A stretch of DNA of 64,000 nucleotides from Convolutriloba macropyga (taxonomy: Eukaryota). The notes under the pieces were generated by a model. It ran no database searches. It was given only the letters and a program-made list of their open reading frames with translations, and was not told the DNA's origin. Location: the NCBI RefSeq assembly GCF_964194025.1, contig NC_134473.1, forward strand, positions 28,830,001 through 28,894,000, written 5' to 3'. Positions 12,024 to 25,900 of this stretch are shown piece by piece. A program made the position numbers and the translations under genes. The number at the start of each line of letters is the position of its first letter. Position 1 is the first letter of the stretch.

Positions 12024-15000
12024 TTTCTTGCCATCAAATTTGTAAACGAATACAAGAATAGAAATGATTGTTAAGAAAGTACGAAGGACATTGCAATTTA
12101 CTTACACGCATAGTTGTGTAAAGTTCAGCTGAACTCTTGGTCAAATGTAGCAAGCAGAGTTTACGTTCAGACAACAGTTTCAGATGAATATTACTAGTCG
12201 AGTTAGTAAGACAATGATTAAACCAAATTAGATTATCAACTCATAGCTATGCCTTCACATTTTAAAAAAATAAGATAAAAATGTCAGGATTAGGAGCAAT
12301 AATTTAAAATTTATTCTTGCTTCAGATTCTGGAAAATGCAAGATCAAAATGCTATATTCGCTACAGCGTAAATTACAGCGTAAATTTATTTAAAACAAAT
12401 AGAAGAAGCTTTATTAATCAAGAAGCATTTAACATAAAACATTTTCGGTTATGAATCAACGTTCTACTAAGTTTCTAGTGATAGTTACAGAACACATCTA
12501 TACGAGCAAGATATAGCAGCACTATAAACGTTAAGAGATCAGAATACATTTTTCAACGCTTCGTCAAGTCATTATATAACGTTCTGATACACAACCAGCA
12601 GTTTATTAATTCAGCTTAAAAAAGTGCGTTTTTACAATGTATATTGTTACTAAAAAATTGATGGGAAACGAATTTTAAACAAATACTCAGAATGGAATGT
12701 AACGAAAACCAGCTCAAGCAGGGTTGATGAGGAAAAGTTTACTCGAGCTGATTTCGTTATATTTTCGTTCAACCGACTTGAAATTTAAAATTACTTTTAT
12801 AATTACTTTAAACCTCAGTCAAACAAAAATAATTCTTCTGAACTTAAAACGCGCCCTCCACAAGTTTGAAAAACACTGATTAACGAGAAATTTGGATTTG
12901 GAAAATGCACATCACTAATTGCGAACATTGTTATAGCCTTAAACATCTAAGCTAAGTGACCACGACGCCTCGTGTGAGTCGGTGTTGTGTAGCACAGAAT
13001 GTTCCAAGATACCACTCACGCTCGCAGAAAAAATTTCAATTTCTCTCAGAGATAAAGTTTCTTTGGACTAATGGATAATCTTTTAGTACTCTGCGCTTAT
13101 ATATAAAAGAATTCGCAAATACCAACGTGATAAATATTGCAATTGTAAGGTTAAGATTGGCACTTGTTGTTACTTTTTTACAGACTGAAAGTGTTACTCA
13201 AACTAAAGCTTAACATGGATCCTATGATAAGCTGAAAACTCGATTATTTTCGTTAACTATCAAGAAAAAAATTGTTGAGCTTCGACATGTAAAATTTGTT
13301 TAAAAGGGCAGAAGTATTTGAGTTTTCATGTGAAAATTTCAATTGAGAAAAATCGGTTGTAATTAAAGGGAAGGAAACTTAACAAAGACATTCACAGTTC
13401 AGGCGTATCGCAAAATAGTCCTTATCAAAAACTTCTGTTTATTTTTAACTTTCACAAAAAAAAATTGATTACTTATCTTTTATGTAAAATTCGATAAAAC
13501 TTAAAAATCGGCCAGTATGTTATATGTTCAATTAACACACAAACCTAATTATTGAACGACTCAGTACATCAACACAACTATTCTCATATCGCACATACAA
13601 TCAGATCAGCAACGTATACCGACAAACGTGAGTGTGCCACTCATCATCGTATATGTCAAATGAGTGTTGAAAAAACAAAGTAGCCTCAGGAGTCGAACGT
13701 ACGCAAGAAAACTAAATATTGCGGCTAAAAAAAGACGTCGTAAAAAATCAGTTCATCTGATTTTCCACAAATTTCCGTGGCACTAATTGGAACAATTTTA
13801 ACAAGTAAGCTGGAAATGTTGTTTGATTCTCCTGTTTATAATTGAAGAAAGGGACCAATTATAGGGACTTGAACAAAAAAGCAGTAAATCTGGGACAACT
13901 GTCTGATATCTTCGATGTAAATATATTTTCGTTAATTTTCTCAATCACTTATCGATATTTCCTTCAGGTACAATCCCAGAACTCCGTTTTGTTTTCATTA
14001 GCAACTATTCAGGGGTTTATTGCGGCCGAGCTTTCGTGTTCTTGCGGTCGACGAAATCTGGATGGATTTTTCAGTGTTGTGAATACAAATGCATACATCG
14101 AGCAATGTAAGCGAGAAATGTAAGCGACTTAAAATTGTATATGTATGCGTAACAAAACAAGCAACCATAGCGCAGTATTGGTGGTTCGAGCCCAACCTCG
14201 TCAAACCCTCCGAAGCAAAATCCGTATTTTAATACATGTGCCTTGAGCAACAAACCGTTTGAGAGCGGATTTAAGCTAAACTAGCCCGATTTAGACTAAG
14301 ATGACTTGGATATAAAATAATTACAGTAACAAAACGCATTGAATGCTTTATCAAAGCAAGGCCAAATTACGTCACACATGAACTGAATTGACCTCTATTG
14401 GCTCAAAAAAGGCCAACAGGTCCTGTTTAGCCTTTTGCCGCCAGTTTTACTTTAGATATCTTATGTGTACGAATAAGAGGATTGTTATGCAATCGAATAA
14501 GAGCTTATCGTTGAAAATACGTACTGTTATCTTGAATAAAGATGGTTCTTTTAATGTTTGCCTGTCGTTCAAGTTTTAGACGTTATCTAGCTCGAATATT
14601 CAGTTTTCAATTTAAAAAAAATGTTTAAATTTTAGTGTCAATCCACTCTCGAATGCCAAATGGGTGCTCTCAAAAAAATTGGAGCTTAACCTGACTAACC
14701 AAATGAGTTACAAAAATATAGAGTAAATTGTCGAAATCCAACATTGGGAAAATAAACATAAATGTAATAATTTTTGAAAATTTATTGGTCAATCAGTTCA
14801 TTTTTATTTTAGTAGAGAATTTTTTTAGTCCAGCGGAAAATGGAGACTTAAATTCGTAATTGAAAGTTAAAACTGACCCACTTTACCTAAAATCCAGCCA
14901 CTATCAATGCTTTTTTCATTTTCTACTTATGACAAGGAATTCCCTGTTGACAGCGGATCAAAAATTTAAAATGCAAAGTGTAAAATTTTTGGAGTTTGCT

Positions 15001-16702
15001 TTAAAAGTAGAACGCGCAAGTTGTCTAGACAACAAACAGACCATATATTCACTGTGTAACATTTTCATTTCACTGTTTCACGACTATTGTCAAATACATC
15101 TGAGGATCTGCATAAAGGAATATAACCAGCAGAGTGCCGGAAGAATTCGCCAATTAATCCCAAAAATGTTCCCCAAAAATAGCGCTGTGAAGAACATCCA
15201 ACAAGAAACTTATTTAATCAGTTTTCACAGCGCGCCCTGCGAACCCTCAATACAGCAAATTGGCTGATAACTGATAAAAAAAACGGTAACGAAAAGGGCA
15301 AAATCAAAAGATTTATGAAAACTCTAGTCGTCGAAGAACTAGAGCATGCAACTATATGAAAAAAACCTTCTAACATATCGTACTATTTGATTTTAGAAAG
15401 CAGTTAGCAATTTTCCATAATATCACAAAGAGAAAAAACAGACAAAGTAAAAAATAACAAAGACAAAATATTAAGGCAAGGCATTACTCGAGGATTCATT
15501 TAAACTTTTCAAAAGTCAACAAAAATATTGTGTCACAACAAAAACTCAGCAAACAAAGGACAACATAAACAAAGACGACTAATTTTTCAAGAAAATGGAA
15601 TCAGAGTCAAACAATCTGTAGTCAGTGGCTTAAATAAAAAACCGAAATCATTTATGCTTCATTAGGAAGCCATGTCATTGATCAGACTTAAAAAAAATAA
15701 GTCAACAACGAAAACGAACAAGAGAAATCCTCAAAAGATTTAAAAAATTAATTTGAAATAGAAAAACCATTAGCTATCAGTTCAAAACATTATTAACCTC
15801 CTGTTATGCTTTAACAAAACTCCTGTCAAGATTGAGTCCAAAAAATCGGACAAGACACCACATAATAGAAAATACACTGAAACCTCAAAAACTCGAAAAC
15901 ATTTACAGAAACACATTTTTAAATTATAAAAAAAACAGACACAATCAACTGCAAAAATCAAAAAAACTCTAACTAATTCCGCACCAGAAAACCAATAGGA
16001 CTTTCAATTAACCCTTATAATAATTGAGAATACTAAAACAGAAAACAAACATTAGCAAATAAGTCCGAAAAGTGTTAAATAAGTCAATAGAAATACGAGA
16101 GAATCAATGAATCTAATTGAAAAGACATCAAAGAACAACAGATAAGGGCGAAACTCAAAACTTCAATAATAATTCATGCTCACATGGCTATAAACTAAAA
16201 AACCAAAAATATCAACAGAAAACATTAGAGATTTACCATACCAATGCCCTAAAAGGAAGCCAATAGGACATGTCATTAATGAAAGCGTAAAGCGACAACG
16301 AAAAACACATCAAATGGAGCATAAAACTCAATAAACAATAGCTGCTCAGACACGTTTGGAACCAGTGCGGAAACAATTTCCGCATAACACCGCTCTCTTT
16401 TCAACTCTTGTTATAATTTTGATTCGAGGTTATGGGCCCAGCAATTTTCTCAGTCTTAAAACTAATTTCTGAAACAAAACTAATTTGCTGTTGACAGTCA
16501 TAATCCTTTTCTGCTTAGTATCTTTTCTTTTCACAACTGTTTTGCCTGCTCAAATTACGATGGATCAACAGACACTGAAGCTGCTGACCTACACAGGAAA
16601 GGCACAGGACTTTCCAATCTGGAGCACAAGATTTGTGGCAATGATGCAGACGAAGGGACTCTAAAAATCACTACTTGGGACAGAGGAGCAACCCAACGAG
16701 CC

Positions 16703-19130
16703 TGCACCACTAGCCAGTGGGGAGAGCAATGATGAAAAGAAGAACCACAAGGCGCTGAAGGATGCATATGAGAATGAAGTTGCAGACATCAAGGAGAAAC
16801 GGAACAATGTGTGGTGCCATCTGGCAGTGACTCTAGATGCAACAACCCTCATGCTGATGAGACATGACTGTGTGGGAGATGACGGCATCGGAGATGGAGC
16901 AAAGGCTTGGAAGCTTTTGCAAGAGAGATTTCAGAGTGTTGAGACGCCGACAGTGGTGACTTTGGTGGCAAAGCTTGCTCGACTGCAGCTCGAGGATGCT
17001 GAGGATTTGGATAGCTTCTTCATCAGAGGACAAGAGTTGCTCACAAGGCTACAAGAAGCAGGGGAAGCAGTCTCAGAGACCCTCTTCAACGCCTTGGTCC
17101 TCAATGGTCTGCCAATGAGGTATGAAAGTTTTGTTATACAGGAAAGCTTTAACCCGGCAACGAACTTCACAGAGCTGAGAAAAAGGCTGCAGAACTTCCA
17201 TGAGAGCACAGCACAAGGGACAAAGTGGTTCAGTGGCACTGGCAGTGAAGCGTGACTTCAAGAAGGGACCCAAGAAAGGAAACTGCTTTGTGTCTGGGAT
17301 CCCTGGATACTTTGCCAAGGACTGCAGGAGGAAGGAAACAGCACAATGCAGCAAGTGTGGTGAGAAAGATCACCTAGACAGGGCATGCAAGAGACAAAGA
17401 GATGGAGACAAACAGGAGTCAGTGGTAATTGGTCCAACATTGGCTTCACCAGACGCGGAACACTGGACAGCTCTTACCCAGTGGAAGACAGCAGGCATGC
17501 TAGTGGACAGTAGTTGTACAGATCACATAGTGACGAACATCGATGCTTTCCTGGACTTTGTGCCCATTCAATAAGTGGTCAGAAATCCTAACGGATAGGC
17601 TTCCAGAGTGGTGGGCAGAGGCTGTGTGAGGATCAGCATACCCTCAAACAAAGGGGAATTCCAATACGAACTCAAAAATGTTTTGTGTGTGCCGGACTAT
17701 TCTTCAAATCTCCTATCAGTCTCAAGTTGCACGGAGTGGAGACATAGCTTCACTTTCGAAAAGAAACCGCTGCATGAAACTCCAGAAGGGAACTCGGGTA
17801 AAACTAACACAAGAAAAAAATTTGTTTTACTTACCCTGCAGCGTTCTAGAATTCAAGATGAGTTCCAACAGCGTTAAACTTGACAGTGCAAGGAAGTGGC
17901 ACAGACGATTGGGTCATTTGAATCAAGCGGATGTGGTCAGGAATGCACCAGTAGCCAGTGGGGAGAGCAATGATGAAAAGAAGAACCACAAGGCGCTGAA
18001 GGATGCATACGAGAATGAAGTTGCAGACATCAAGGAGAAACGGAAAAATGTGTGGTGCCATCTGGCAGTGACTCTAGATGCAACAACCCTCATGCTGATG
18101 AGACATGACCGTGTGGAAGATGACGGCATCGCAGATGGAGCAAAGGCTTGGAAGCTTTTGCATGAGAGATTTCAGAGTGTTGAGACGCCGACAGTGGTGA
18201 TTTTGGTGGCAAAGCTTGCTCGACTGCAGCTCGAGGATGCTGAGGATTTGGATAGCTTCTTCATCAGAGGACAAGAGTTGCTCACAAGGCTACAAGAAGC
18301 AGGAGAAGCAGTCTCAGAGACCCTCTTCAACGCCTTGGTCCTCAATGGTCTGCCAATGAGGTATGAAAGTTTTGTTATACAGGAAAGCTTTAACCCGGCA
18401 ACGAACTTCACAGAGTTGAGAAAAACGCTGCAGAACTTCCATGAGAGCACAGCACAAGGGACAAAGTGGTTCAGTGGCACTGGCAGTGAAGCGTGACTTC
18501 AAGAAGGGACCCAAGAAAGGAAACTGCTTTGTGTCTGGGATCCCTGGACACTTTGCCAAGGACTGCAGGAAGGAAACAGCACATTGCAGCAAGTGTGGTG
18601 AGAAAGGTCACCTAGACAGGGCATGCAAGAGACAAAGAGATGGAGACAAACTGGACAGCTCTTACCCAGTGGAAGACAGCAGGCATGCTAGTGGACAGTG
18701 ATTGTACAGATAACATAGTGACGAACATCGATGCTTTCCTGGACTTTGTGCCCATTCAATAAGTGGTCAGAAATCCTAACGGAGAGGCTTCCAGAGTGGT
18801 GGGCAGAGGCTGTGTGAGGATCAGCATACCCTCAAACAAAGGGCAATTCCAATGCGAACTCAAAAATGTTTTGTGTGTGCCGGCCTATTCTTCAAATCTC
18901 CTATCAGTCTCAAGATGCACGGATTGGAGACATAGCTTCACTTTCGAGAAAAGAAACAGCTGCATGAATCTCCAGAAGGGAACTCGGGTAAAACTAACAC
19001 AAAATAATTCGTTTTACTTACCCTGCAGCGTTCTAGAATTCAAGATGAGTTCCAACAGCGTTAAACTTGACAGTGCAAGGAAGTGGCACAGACGATTGGG
19101 TCATTTGAATCAAGCGGATGTGGTCAGGAA
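16703..19130 (+). repeat. Internal tandem duplication of copia gag-PR-preintegrase (16703-17943 and 17944-19130)
   Basis: The translated blocks (WCHLAVTLDATT..., VVGRGCVRISIP...) occur twice. The microhomology TGCACCA is at 16703, 17944 and 19131. Confidence 0.93.
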
Positions 19131-21878
19131 TGCACCAGAGACAGTGGGGGAACTCGATGATGTATGCAATGTGTGTGCATTGGCTAAGATCACAAAGATT
19201 CCAGTACCAAGAGTGGCAGAGACCCAAGCAGAAGAGGGTGTTCACAGACGTGATGGGACCTTTCAGAGTAGAGTCACTGTCAGGGTTCCGGTTCTGCATT
19301 GTGTTTGCAGACCAGTACACGAAGTTTGTGTTTGTGGACTTGCTTAAGGCAAAGAGTGAAGCACTGGCCAGCCTGAAGAAATTTGTTCTCAATGTGGGGA
19401 CGCCCAAGAAGCTGAGGCAAGACAATGCGAAGGAGTTTCTCTCAGAGCAGTTCAAGAAATACTGCTTAGATGCAGGCATTCTACAGGAGAAGACCATAAC
19501 AGAGACGCCACAGCAGAATGGGTTAGCTGAGAGGTGCAACAGGACATTGGTGGAGATGGCAAGATGTTTGCTCATTGACTCAGAACTTCCCGAGATGATG
19601 TGCGGAGCAGCAATTCTTCACGCAGCAAGGATCAGAAACTTGGTTGTGAGACGAGAAGAAAAATGCCCAGCAGAGCTGATGAGAGGTATAAAACCTGAGC
19701 TTCCAATTTGTAAATTATCTATTTTTGGTTGCACAGTCTTCATGAGGAAGAGGGACAGAGACGTCAGCAATCTTGAACCCGAGGCACTGGAAGGAAAGTT
19801 TGTGGGTTACACTGAAGGAGAAAAAGGATACCTGGTGTACATACCCAACACATGCAAGGTGCTGGCAGTTCGACATGTGATTATCAAGGAGTCTGAAGTG
19901 GGCTCAACCCCTGACAACAAAGAAACGGCTGACCTACTAGATGATGGGTCGGAACTGGGAATCTGGCAACCAGATGATGCTCATCAAGGCGATGACAACA
20001 AAGAACGACAGGACACATCTACTGCAATAAAGGAGCGAGTGTCATGACGCAGGGAGCGTGAATACTCAAGAAACAACACTGAGACAAGAGGCCTCGGATG
20101 TTGGAAAAAGCACTAGATGACGGATCTACTGCTACAAGAGGGAGTCCCAGAGACTCAGAGTCACTGGAAGACAGTGACGCAGAAGACTTCTCACCGTTAG
20201 AGACAGTTGGCTTCAATGAAGATGCACTGGAACACGCGGGCAGAGCAGAGCCCAGACGAGGGACACGAGCAAGGAATGTTCCGCAATTTTTTGGAGAAGT
20301 CAGGACCCATCTTGCTTTGACTGAGGGTAACTATGTGGAACCCAAAGCAGTCTACGAAGCCAAGCAAGCTGACGAATGGGACCAGTGCTACCGGGCAATG
20401 AATGACGAGGTCAAGGCACTCCACAACAAGGGACGTCATACCGGGCAAATGGGTCTACATAGTGAAATTGGGACCCAGTGGTCAAGTCGACAAATACAAA
20501 GCACGCTATGTGGCCAACGGCTTCAAACAAGTGGAAGGACTGGACTACTTTGAGACTTTTGCGCCTACCTGTAAGCCTGAGACATTCAGGATTCTACTTC
20601 AGCTATCAGCGAAGCAGGGCCATGTGATGCACCAATTGGATGTCAAGACTGCTTTCCTGCACTCACCAATCGAGGAAGAAGTGTATCTGGAACAACCACA
20701 GGAGTTTGTAAAACGCGGATCAGATGGGGAGAAGTTAGTATGTCGACTAAATAAATCAATTTATGGTTTGATACAGGCTGCTAACAAATGGTACAAAGAG
20801 CTGGCAAACTTCCTACTGAGACAGGGGTTCACCAGAAACAGGAACGATCACTGCTTGTTCGCAAGATCAGAGGCAGAGGATCGCACCTTCATCTTGGTCC
20901 GGGTTGACGACATCATAGTAGCATCAAGAAGTATGACAGTGATCTCCGATGTCAAGAAGGCACTTGAGGCAACATTTCACATGGAAGACAGAGGGAGACT
21001 ACACTGGTTTCTGGGCCTTGGAATCAGACAAGAAGAGGGCAAAGTCACAGTCGACCAAGAACGCTACATAGAAACAATGCTTGAGCGGTTTCAAATGGAT
21101 CAATGCAAACCCTCAAGAACTCCAGCTGATTTGAATTTGAAACTTCAGACTGCACAGAACGGAGACGAAGAAGTGGACCAGAGGATCTACAGAAGCTTGG
21201 TTGGCTCACTTCTTTATCTGGTCAAACAGACGAGGCTAGACATCATGTTCACAGTCAACATTCTGTCCAGGCACAAGAACGCACCTACCAATCAACACTG
21301 GCTATGCGGAAAACGACTTATGCGATATCTTCAAGTTTCAAAAGGTTTAAAACTTACTTACACAAAAGAGGCTAGTTATGATTTAGTAGGGAAAGTGATG
21401 CAGACCGGTCTGGAGATGTGAACTACAGACAATCAACAAGGGGCTATTACTTCAAGCTCAACGGACGTGGCGCAGCACTCATCTGGGGTGTCAAGAAGCA
21501 GGCCAGTTGCTCTTTCTTCATCAGAAGCAGAATATCAGGGCATGGCAGCAGCAGTTCAGGAAGCACTCTACCTGAAACAACTTCTAGAAGATTTTGGCAT
21601 CCAACAGAAACGTCCAATAGCAATTGGAGAGGACAACCAAAGTTGTATCAGACTTCGCCAAAACCCAGTCTTGCACAAGAGGAGCAAGCACATTGAGACA
21701 AAGTTTCACTTCATTCGGGACAAGACGGAGGATGGGACTATTTCAATTCATTACGTTACTACAGACAAAATTGCAGCGGACATCTTCACAAAGTCCTTAC
21801 CCGTTTCGAAAGTGGAAACATTCGGAGCAGTTTTGATGGGAACAGACTCTACGCAATCAGCTCAAGTCTGAAAGGGGG

Positions 21879-22486
21879 TGTTAGAATTTTGATTCGAGTT
21901 GAAGACAAACTTAGTATTATTAGAAAGTTTAACTTATCAAATTATTCTGACAGAGGTAAATTGATTCAAGTCACCAATACTGATATAAATGAATCTTCAA
22001 GAAATGTTGCTGTGAATAAATACTCGGTTCAAACTGATGATTCTAGATAACTATTATTAGAGTTAGCTTAATTGATGTAAAATCTTCCCAGCATGAATTT
22101 AATGATTATGACATCTTCGAAAGAGTGAATGAATTCTTAGAAAAGTGTAAATGCATTCCATTTATGGTTCCCTTTGCGACTGATTTGCAGAAGCAAACCA
22201 TATTGGGTAACCCTTGCCACCCCCACTATAAATCATGGTGCTAAGATTAGTTTTGTATCTTGACTTTTTCACACTGATAATGGGTATATATACAGCTGAT
22301 TTTTGATTCCTTTTTCGTCCCCAAAATCAAATCACCATCTTGATCTAATAGTCAGATCTCTCCTGTAAATCTCTAAATTCTACTGTAAAATATCATTCTT
22401 GTTATTCTCTCATTTTGAGAAATTAATTTTTTTCTACGTAGTTAAAACCGCTTTTTATTCCGCTTGCGAAAACCCATAACCCAACA
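21879..22486 (+). repeat. Probable copia 3' LTR (about 608 bp)
   Basis: Starts with TGTT right after the PPT, and its first 20 bp match 16409-16428. It has a TATA-like TATATATA near 22285 and a candidate end CCCATAACCCAACA at 22486. Confidence 0.55.
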
Positions 22487-22913
22487 TTACTACTTTTGCA
22501 TGGTTAAAATCACTACTCCAATATGAGCTTGATCACTCCAAATTGATTTCAAACTGTGTGAGTTCTTAAGAAAATCAGAGCATGAACTCAAACCCTTTTA
22601 ACTAGAACAAAAAAAACAGACAGACTCCAGTCAACTCGATGTAAAACGTAACTTGTGTAAACGTAATTTGTTTCAATCAGCAAATCGAGAAAAACGATCA
22701 AAGCAAAATCTGATTAAATTTTCTGAGAAATTCTGCTTAAGATCCGAATCCAAAACATTTATTCTTAACGCATTGTCAATGATTAGTGAAGTGACTCACC
22801 ACCTGAATGACAGAACGATGAAAAGATAGGAACGGAGAAGACGGAGAAAACGAAAAGAAATGAAGACATAACGCCGGAAATCTTATATTATTATTGTTAT
22901 ATTCCTTACAAGT

Positions 22914-25900
22914 TGTCACGTCCAATCATTTGTTCTTCCGAGAGTTTAAGCCACTTTATTAACCCATTAATAAGAATTTTTAAAAAGCAAAAGACATTAT
23001 AAACGAAAATTAAATTAAAAGCGACAACGGAAAATTTATTACTTTGTTGTTAATCATCAGTAAAGAACTGACATATCAAACGATAAAGTGTCCCCTAATA
23101 GCAGTATCTATGGAATGGTTAAAAAACAATTGAATGGGACAAACTTTCTGAAAAGGACAAAAACAGAAAAACAAGCAGAAAATATCAGAAGTAGACAAGA
23201 TAGGTCAAAAATTGACTTAATGTTCGAGAAAATAGAGTTGAAATAATAGTGCTAAAAGCAAAAGATCACCTAAACTATAACATTTTCTCACTACATTCAT
23301 AAAACCCAAGGCGGTAAAAATTTGAAGACCAAAAGATCCGAAAAGCATCCATAACGGTAACCTGGCAAAATAGCTAAAATTTGCATCAAAAGTTCTAAAT
23401 GCTCAAAAAATATTCCCAGGACTACAACTATTGACTATAAAGTGTTAAAAAACCACTATGGTGGTGATTAAACTAAAAACTGCTTTGATAAAGCCGCACG
23501 AACACACAAATTTCCGCTCGCTTTGCGTTTTCACTCCTGTCCACCTGTCGTTCAAAAGTGCGCATGAACAGAACCACTGCTCTTTCTTCTCTCCTCTCTT
23601 CAATTCTTTAATAAAACGGAATCAATAAAACTGAAATCAATTATTTTGCACGTGCGGCATTGAGTTCTACATTATTCAACTCGACTGATTGAAAAAAATA
23701 GACAACCATAGCTCCTCTTCGAGTCGTAATAGGACTGCAAAAGCAACCGATCGAGAAGACAAGAGCTGATATTAATCAAAGTTAATTATTCATTTTTCCT
23801 GCATTGTCCGTTTACTTATAGCACCTCGAATGAAACTTAAATGAAGATGTCAACTAAAAACTCTTCAAAAGACAACACGCCTAATGATAATGTTCGAAGT
23901 CACTAACACATAAAGCAGGGAATTAAAAAGACAAATTAGCAGCTGACAGCCCCAAACACTTTTCCCACATTGATGAAATTTCTCGTCAAGTAGCTTCAAA
24001 ATCGGTCTTTTCACATATATCACTGAAACACGTTTTTAGGAGTAAACATTTAGGGGTTCACTTTACTTGTCTAAAAAACCACTAAAACTGAAAATTTTTG
24101 CAAGTTATCTCCCGCAGAATAGTTATATTTATTTTCTAGAAAGTGGGAGCCAACTACCCAAACAATAAACTAATGCAAATTATTGTGCGCCTCTAAAAAG
24201 TTTTGATTAGAAGTTTAATTTGCAAAAAGAGGAACCCTAACGCCAGGATCACAAAACTCGAATCCAGCAATTGACTAGCGGAATTGAAGAAACATAACCG
24301 ATATAAAAGAATTTTTAGTGTATATATGGAGGGTTACAGTTTTTATCTAAGTATTAAACTCATTTTTTTTGCAAATTCTAAATTTTTTGTATCATTTTCA
24401 TTAATACTGAAAACGTAGTTTGAGTACTTTTCGGAAAAATAAAGTCCCGACAAATAAATTGGAACTCGATGACAATTTGAGTCAACAATTAATGACTTTA
24501 AAGAAACTCATCAAAACAGACGCAACTTTTACGCAGCTCAAGTGGTTTTCGCGAAAATAATATGTATATTGTTAATATGGAATTTTCAGAGAAGGTGCAA
24601 ACCAATCCTTCAAATGGTTAACCTAGATGCTGATGCCTTGGCAGTTATCGACTCATTTAGTTTCCCGTGCGTTTTGGGGCTAAAATATCTTCTGAAAAAT
24701 AATTAACACGGACGACGACTTCAGCGGCCCGGGTTTCTTCAATTTTATTTTATATTTTGTACTGATTATGAGAAATATACACTTAACACAAGAAGCTGTC
24801 AGCTGAGATAAATCGAACGATCACTATTTAATATTAAACAAGACGAAATGAGAATTGTCGGCTCGTAGAACAAGTCAGACGAATTCATCGCAACATTTTA
24901 TATTTTGGTAAGATTTGACAGTTTCGGGCGCTAGTTTGGTCCCCAGCGAGAATCTTTCTGCCAACAAAAGTATAAAAATTATAGCACACGCTTCAAATGA
25001 GGAAATATAATTTGGAAATGTGGTACGAGTAATGAAAATAGACTATAACATTGTAGTGCAACAATTTTCCGAACAGGGCTCCCATCACACTCTCTGGCAC
25101 AAAAGTCGAAGCAGACCAGAGTCGGAGGAGTTTCTTGCCTTTTCGTACTTCAATTTCTAAAAATTGCTGCTTGTTAAAAATCTGTCGTGCGTGTGGTTTT
25201 TCAATGACTTTTACAAGTTACATCCGTACCACAAAAGCATGAGTGGAAATCAAATTTTATTTATTTAGCAACAAATTCGTCATCTCCCTTGTTTTGTAAT
25301 AAAAATGACAAATATCTAATATCTTAGATCAAAAAAGTCAATATCTTAATGTCGCAATGAGAAAAGAGATAAAATAAATCGATTCAGCGATGTCTTGATT
25401 TTCACCTTTTTTGTTTCACCCCCAATCAAGTAACCCTGATTATTTTACCCTCTAGCATTTCACCCCGATTTGAATTCATTGTTATTGGTACAAAGATCAT
25501 TCGACATAAGGGATTCGTAATTTCAAGAGTTTAGCGATTAAGACTCAAAATTAGATTTGCACGGCTTAAGGCAAGAGTTATTGGTTGAAACGGTTGCGTG
25601 CTGTCACGTCCAATCATTTGTTCTTCCGAGAGTTTAAGCCACTTTATTAACCCATTAATAAGAATTTTTAAAAAGCAAAAGACATTATAAACGAAAATTA
25701 AATTAAAAGCGACAACGGAAAAATTTATTACTTTGTTGTTTATCATCAGTAAAGAACTGACATATCAAACGATAAAGTGTCCCCTAATAGCAGTATCTAT
25801 GGAATGGTTAAAAAACAATTGAATGGGACAAACTTTCTGAAAAGGACAAAAACAGAAAAACAAGCAGAAAATATCAGAAGTAGACAAGATAGGTCAAAAA

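Larger units (their letters stand above)
16409..22486 (+). mobile_element. Ty1/copia LTR retrotransposon, inactivated (stops, frameshifts, internal duplication, 5' LTR reduced to about 20 bp)
   Basis: PBS GGTTATGGGCCCAG at 16428-16441. Gag ATG at 16560, followed by CCHC knuckles, protease (LVDS), WHRRLGHLN, integrase (TDVMGP, LRQDNAKEF, QQNGLAERCNRTL), RT (YKARYVA, QLDVKTAFL, RVDD) and RNase H (SSSEAEY, KHIE, ADIFTK) in copia order. PPT GAAAGGGGG, then TGTTAG at 21879. The 3' boundary is tentative and no TSD was found. Confidence 0.95.

Noticed and set aside
14165-14200. tRNA-like A box (TAGCGCAGT) and B box (GGTTCGAGCCC); another B-box-like GTTCGACTCC on the minus strand near 13690
   Set aside because: The boxes are too close together and no cloverleaf or anticodon arm can be built; at most SINE or tRNA relics.
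15270-16330. Strongly A-skewed tracts (also about 22700-23500 and 52740-53500)
   Set aside because: Probably decayed mobile DNA, but no diagnostic motif could be read.
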